From Deltaproteobacteria bacterium (lineage in GTDB: Bacteria > Desulfobacterota_D > UBA1144 > Nemesobacterales > CSP1-2), in contig JBQTHB010000002.1 of the NCBI GenBank assembly GCA_052390235.1, forward strand, positions 320,001 through 384,000: DNA of 64,000 bases, given 5' to 3'. The translations under genes and the position numbers were made by a program. A model generated the notes under the pieces. That model was not told where the DNA came from. It saw only the letters and a list, made by a program, of their open reading frames with translations, and did no database searches. Of this stretch, positions 59,342 through 64,000 are shown piece by piece (position 1 is the stretch's first letter; each line of letters begins with the position of its first letter).

Positions 59342-60264
59342 AATTTGCGAGAAGACACATACTTGGGCTTGAGGAACTCTCAGCCGAGGAGATAAATTTA
59401 ATCCTCGACACGGCAGAGTCCATGAAAGAGGTATCTAGCCGCGACGTTAAAAAAGTCCCCGCGCTCAAGGGGACGACGGTTGTGAACCTATTTTTTGAGC
59501 CAAGCACCAGGACTCGCTCCTCGTTTGAGATTGCCGAAAAGAGGCTGTCGGCCGACGTGCTTAATTTTAGCTCCGATTCGAGCAGCGTAAAAAAGGGAGA
59601 AACCCTTCTCGATACGGCGAGAAATCTCGAATCCATGGGGGCAAGCGTCATCGTGATAAGACACTCCATGTCCGGCGCGCCGTGGCTTTTGGCGAGGGAA
59701 CTTCGCTCGGCTGTGATAAACGCCGGGGACGGACTCCACGAGCATCCGAGCCAAGCCCTCCTAGACCTGTTCACTGTCAGGGCGATTAAGGGCACAATAG
59801 CGGGGCTTAGGATTGCCATCGTCGGTGATATTCTCAACAGCCGCGTGGCGAGGTCTAATATTTGGGGTTTTATGAAGCTCGGCGCAGAGGTAAGGCTAGT
59901 TGCTCCGCCTACGATGATCCCCACGGGGATTGAAAAGCTCGATGTAAAAATTTACCACGACCTCAAAGAAGCGATACGCGAAGCAGATGTCGTGATGATG
60001 CTCCGCATTCAGTTGGAGAGAGCTGAAGCCGGGCTTTTCCCATCCCTCAGGGAATATGCGCGCTTCTACGGGCTTAGCCAAAAGAGGCTTCGTCTCGCCA
60101 AGGAGGACGCAATTCTCATGCACCCAGGGCCCATAAACCGGGGCGTAGAGCTGTCTTCCGAGGTCGCCGATGCGCCTCAGTCCGTAATACTCGACCAGGT
60201 GTCAAACGGAATAGCCGTCAGAATGGCAATGCTCTATCTTGTCGCATCGGGAGGAAACGCATGA
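59338..60264 (+). CDS. pyrB: Aspartate carbamoyltransferase catalytic subunit
   Basis: [22 protein letters not shown]. Confidence 0.96.
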   Translation: MKFARRHILGLEELSAEEINLILDTAESMKEVSSRDVKKVPALKGTTVVNLFFEPSTRTRSSFEIAEKRLSADVLNFSSDSSSVKKGETLLDTARNLESMGASVIVIRHSMSGAPWLLARELRSAVINAGDGLHEHPSQALLDLFTVRAIKGTIAGLRIAIVGDILNSRVARSNIWGFMKLGAEVRLVAPPTMIPTGIEKLDVKIYHDLKEAIREADVVMMLRIQLERAEAGLFPSLREYARFYGLSQKRLRLAKEDAILMHPGPINRGVELSSEVADAPQSVILDQVSNGIAVRMAMLYLVASGGNA

Positions 60265-61547
60265 GGATTGTAATTAAGGGGGGCAGGGTAATTGACCCGT
60301 CCGAGAATAGGGACGAGATAGGCAATATCCTGATAGCCGATGGAAAAATCGAGGCTTATCCAGCCGATATAAGCGCTCTTGAGGCTGATGAAGGCATCCG
60401 CGTAATTGACGCGGCGGGCAAAATCGTCTCTCCGGGTTTTATTGACATCCATGTACACCTGCGCGAGCCGGGATTTGAACACAAAGAGACCATCCGCACC
60501 GGATGCGAGGCGGCGGCGGCGGGCGGGTTCACCTCCGTTGTTTGTATGCCGAACACAAACCCCGTAAACGACAACGCCTCCGTAACCGAATATATTCTCC
60601 TCAAGGCGCGCACCGAGGGGGTCGTAAACGTCTTTCCGATAGGGGCGATAACGAAGGGGCAGATGGGAGAATCGCTAGCCGAAATCGGGGAGATGTGGGA
60701 AGCGGGTTGCGTGGGCATATCCGACGACGGCAGGCCTGTGATGAATTCCAAAATCATGCGCCATGCCATGGAATACGTAAAAGCGTTCGGGATTCCAGTC
60801 ATATCCCACGCCGAGGATATTAATTTATCCTCTCACGGGGTGATGAACGAGGGGTTTACCTCAACCGTCTTGGGGCTACGCGGGATTCCCAACGCATCTG
60901 AGGACGTCATGGTCTCGCGCGATATTACGCTTGCCGAGCTTACGGACTCCCGCCTGCACATCTGCCACGTGTCCTCCGCCGGGGCTGTTAGGCTCATTGC
61001 CGACGCCAAGAGGCGAGGGGTGAAGGTTACCGCCGAGGCGACGCCCCATCATTTCACGCTGACGGATAGAGCCGTTTTAGGGTACGACACCAACGCCAAG
61101 ATGAACCCCCCCGTGCGAGGCTCTGAGGACGTTTTAGCCGTGAGGCAGGGGCTTTATGACGGCACAATTGACGTTATCGCCACAGACCACGCCCCGCACA
61201 CCGAGGACGAGAAGAAGGTGGAATTCGACATCGCCCCTTTTGGGATTACGGGGCTTGAGACGGCCCTTGCCCTCTCGCTTGGTCTAGTGAGAGAGGGGGT
61301 GTTGACTCTGCCGCAGATGGTTCGCAAATTGACCTCAGAGCCTGCGCGGATTATCAACGTCGGCGGAAGGGGAACGCTCAAAGTCGGCTCTCCTGCGGAC
61401 GTCGTGGTGTTTGACCCCGATATGCCGGTTGAGGTTGACCGCATGAGATTCCGCTCGAAGGGGAAAAACACCCCGTTTCACGGGTGGAAACTGTCGGGCG
61501 GGGTCGTCTGCACCATCGTCGCGGGGAAAATCGTGTTCACGACTTGA
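60261..61547 (+). CDS. pyrC: Dihydroorotase
   Basis: [22 protein letters not shown]. Confidence 0.96.
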   Translation: MRIVIKGGRVIDPSENRDEIGNILIADGKIEAYPADISALEADEGIRVIDAAGKIVSPGFIDIHVHLREPGFEHKETIRTGCEAAAAGGFTSVVCMPNTNPVNDNASVTEYILLKARTEGVVNVFPIGAITKGQMGESLAEIGEMWEAGCVGISDDGRPVMNSKIMRHAMEYVKAFGIPVISHAEDINLSSHGVMNEGFTSTVLGLRGIPNASEDVMVSRDITLAELTDSRLHICHVSSAGAVRLIADAKRRGVKVTAEATPHHFTLTDRAVLGYDTNAKMNPPVRGSEDVLAVRQGLYDGTIDVIATDHAPHTEDEKKVEFDIAPFGITGLETALALSLGLVREGVLTLPQMVRKLTSEPARIINVGGRGTLKVGSPADVVVFDPDMPVEVDRMRFRSKGKNTPFHGWKLSGGVVCTIVAGKIVFTT

Positions 61548-61580
61548 GCAGGCGTTAATCTACACATCGCAATTAATTTG

Positions 61581-62384
61581 CTATCTGCGGCATTCGAGCC
61601 TGCCGTTATCGTTTACAATCGAGCCTCTGCAATTTTTGAAATTGATGTCTGTATCCCTCCAGCCGCCCGTGTCTTTTTTGCACTCGGCCTCGAGGTAATC
61701 CCCGTCAATGCGGATGTCTCGGCAGGTGAAAACGTAGCTCCCTTCGGGCAGAGCCGCCGCCCTTGAATTGCACGAGAGCCTGCCGTCGTTGTTGAAAATG
61801 TTGCCGGAGCAGTTTTTGTATTTGATGGAGGTTCTGCGCAAATCACCGGCCGAGTCGAAGCACCGCGCTTTGAGGGTGTCGCCGTCAATGTCGAGGTCTC
61901 GGCAGGTGATACGGTAGCTTCCGGCGGGGAAGGTCGAGGCGGAGGAGTTGCACGAGAGCCTGCCGTCGTCGTTGAAAATGTTGCCGGAGCAGTTTTTATA
62001 CTTGATGGAGGTTTTGCGCAAATCGCCGTCCCTATCGAGGCAGCGCGCCTTGAGCGTGTTCCCGTCAATATCGAGGTCTCGGCAGGTGAGTCTGTAGCTT
62101 CCGAGCGGCACGCCAGTGTTTCGCCAATTTCCGCACTCAAGCCTGCCGTTGTCGTTTACAATGTAGTCGCAGTCAACGAAAAATATCGTGCTTCTGCGCC
62201 AATCCCCGCCGCGCTCGCGGCAGGTTGCCTGAAGCAGGTAGCCGATAACGATGAAATCTTTGCAGGAATTTTCATAGTTTCCGGGGGGCAAATTCTGCGT
62301 CGCTCCGCCTCCCTCGGGGATGGCGAATGCCACTATCAGGAATAAAATCGCCGATAGCGCTATCATTAAGTGTAATTTTCTCAT
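61581..62384 (-). CDS. Secreted protein with four CVNH (cyanovirin-N-like) repeats
   Basis: Signal peptide; 4x GSY..C..L.A.C..G....C...I.N.NG.L.C. Confidence 0.8.
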   Translation of the reverse strand: MRKLHLMIALSAILFLIVAFAIPEGGGATQNLPPGNYENSCKDFIVIGYLLQATCRERGGDWRRSTIFFVDCDYIVNDNGRLECGNWRNTGVPLGSYRLTCRDLDIDGNTLKARCLDRDGDLRKTSIKYKNCSGNIFNDDGRLSCNSSASTFPAGSYRITCRDLDIDGDTLKARCFDSAGDLRRTSIKYKNCSGNIFNNDGRLSCNSRAAALPEGSYVFTCRDIRIDGDYLEAECKKDTGGWRDTDINFKNCRGSIVNDNGRLECRR

Positions 62385-62480
62385 CTGCTCCACCTCGAAT
62401 TGAGATTAAATTGAGTATCTTACAAATCTCGCGGCCGTGTCAAGGGATGATTTCGCTCCAGTCAGATAATAGGGATTCGC

Positions 62481-63035
62481 TCATCTAGCTTCACTGCCGC
62501 CGCCGAGCGCAAACCCCGAAATGAGCGTATAAATTGACCCGTGAGGGCAGAGTTTGCTCTTCATTACCGCAATACGCTCTATCTGAAATTTAATCCTCGG
62601 CGGAGTGGGAATATTCCCCGCCGGGCGTTTTGCTCCCGCGGCGCGCCCTAGGGTGAGGTGAGGCTTAAACCGCCGCTCCTCTTTTGGGAATCCCAATTGA
62701 GATAATCCCCGCTCGAGTCTCTTGTGAAAGCCCAGGAGCGCGGAATTTGCGGATAACCCCAGGAATACCACGCGCGGTCTGTCTAATTCTGGGAATCCGC
62801 TGAGGCTGCCAGTTTCCATCTCAAACGGTTTTTCCCCTGCCGCCCCGTCGCCGACGAGTTTGATAACTCCATCGAGCGCTGGCTGCCCGACCTCGCCCAA
62901 GAATTTGAGCGTAAGGTGGATTTTATCGGGATGTTCCCATTTGATCCCCTTCCACAGGGGCTTTATCTCGCCCACATACTCGGCAATCGCGCACTTCAGC
63001 TCACTTGGCGCTAGGGCGGCTATGAATATTCTCAT
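62481..63035 (-). CDS. thpR: RNA 2',3'-cyclic phosphodiesterase
   Basis: MRIFIA, HLTLKFLG, FKPHLTLGR. Confidence 0.92.
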   Translation of the reverse strand: MRIFIAALAPSELKCAIAEYVGEIKPLWKGIKWEHPDKIHLTLKFLGEVGQPALDGVIKLVGDGAAGEKPFEMETGSLSGFPELDRPRVVFLGLSANSALLGFHKRLERGLSQLGFPKEERRFKPHLTLGRAAGAKRPAGNIPTPPRIKFQIERIAVMKSKLCPHGSIYTLISGFALGGGSEAR

Positions 63036-63109
63036 CTGCTAAATATTACACGACGGCGAAAAATCCCCCCATCTGATAAAATGCCCCTTTGCGTTCGGAA
63101 TAACAGGAG

Positions 63110-63235
63110 CCAGAGGTTTTCAGGATGACTCCTTTTTTGTCATTTTGAGTCTGAGATGAACGGAGTTCCCGCTCGGCTCCCCAGCGCTAAGACGCCTCTG
63201 CCGAGCTGGGGGCGGCCGCTCTTGGAGATGAAAAA
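63110..63235. repeat. Degenerate REP-like palindromes (similar remnants near 33770-33840 and 39115-39280)
   Basis: CAGGATGAC..GTCATTTTGAG units resembling the repeat family at 7 and 23 kb. Confidence 0.45.
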
Positions 63236-63302
63236 CTCCTTGATAACAACCCCCCTCTTTATATAATATAGGCTCATAACACAACAACGGAGGTCTGAAT
63301 AA

Positions 63303-64000
63303 ATGAAACTCAAAGACAAAGTGGCTCTTATCACCGGCGGGAGCCTGGGGCTTGGGAAATACACGGCAATTCTCTTCGCGCAGGAGGGGGCGAGGGTTCT
63401 CATCACCGGACGCACCGAGAAAACCCTCAGAGAAGCCGTCGAGGAGGCGAAAAAACAGGGCGCTCACATTGATTATCTCGTAAGCGACGTGGCAAAAGAG
63501 GCCGACTGTAAATCCGCCGTGGACTATACCATCAATAAATACGGCAGAATTGATATTCTCTTCAACAACGCCGGAGTCCTTCCCGTTGGCACGACCCACG
63601 AAACCTCCGTCGAGGACTGGGACAGAGTCTTCAATATAAACGTCAAGGGGACTTGGCTAATGTCGAAATTCTCCATCCCCCATATGCTCAACCGAGGGTA
63701 CGGGTGCATAATTAATAACTCCTCAATATTGGGATTAAAGGCAATTCCCGGAGTCGCCGCTTATAACTCCACAAAAGGCGCGGTTACCCAGCTCACAAGG
63801 AGCATGGCGCTTGAGTACGCCTCCAAGGGAATCCGCGTAAACGCCATCTGCCCCGGCACTATCGTTACGCCGATGGTTGAAAACCTCATAGACGGGTTCG
63901 AGGACAAACAAGCCGCCGAAGCACTGTTTACCTCATTCCATCCGATAGGACGCCTCGGAAGACCTGAGGAAATTGCCCACGCCGTGATGTTCCTGTGCGA
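63303..64000 (+). CDS. SDR family oxidoreductase (runs off window end)
   Basis: TGGSLGLG, NNAG, YNSTK, IRVNAICPG. Confidence 0.93.
   Translation, partial: MKLKDKVALITGGSLGLGKYTAILFAQEGARVLITGRTEKTLREAVEEAKKQGAHIDYLVSDVAKEADCKSAVDYTINKYGRIDILFNNAGVLPVGTTHETSVEDWDRVFNINVKGTWLMSKFSIPHMLNRGYGCIINNSSILGLKAIPGVAAYNSTKGAVTQLTRSMALEYASKGIRVNAICPGTIVTPMVENLIDGFEDKQAAEALFTSFHPIGRLGRPEEIAHAVMFLC

Noticed and set aside
57599..59924. Long antisense ORFs (239, 158, 260 aa)
   Set aside because: Shadows of lepB and pyrR/pyrB with no motifs

Overview
Bacterial chromosomal window, mostly moderately GC-rich. Gene content and order resemble a Desulfobacterota/Dadabacteria-like organism, which is an inference only. 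From ~23.2 kb onward it is largely housekeeping: rsmG, truD, trmI, bcp, bioD, LysM-NlpC/P60, xerC-hslVU, argBDF, uvrC, tRNA-Leu/tRNA-Cys, an alternative complex III operon (actABCDEF plus an uncalled 46-aa membrane protein), manC-gmk-relA/spoT, lepB, pyrRBC, thpR and a partial SDR. One AT-rich methyltransferase-nuclease gene with cassette-like flanks sits at 51-52.9 kb. The first 23 kb is an iron-uptake and accessory region. It has an intact Fe3+ ABC transporter, a decayed PepSY gene, and a Fur-box-preceded TonB-receptor/PepSY operon interrupted by two integron-derived fragments (dead intI, attI, attC sites, a ~5.5-kb helicase-nuclease cassette, and a degraded ABM/GlcG cassette array). The best candidate for a new system is a three-gene operon at 18096-22787: an actinoporin/aegerolysin-like beta protein, a Cry-domain-I-like helical protein fused to a degenerate macrodomain, and a membrane-anchored protein with an intact-looking paralogous macrodomain. 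All family assignments are by-eye motif recognition; no database searches were run.
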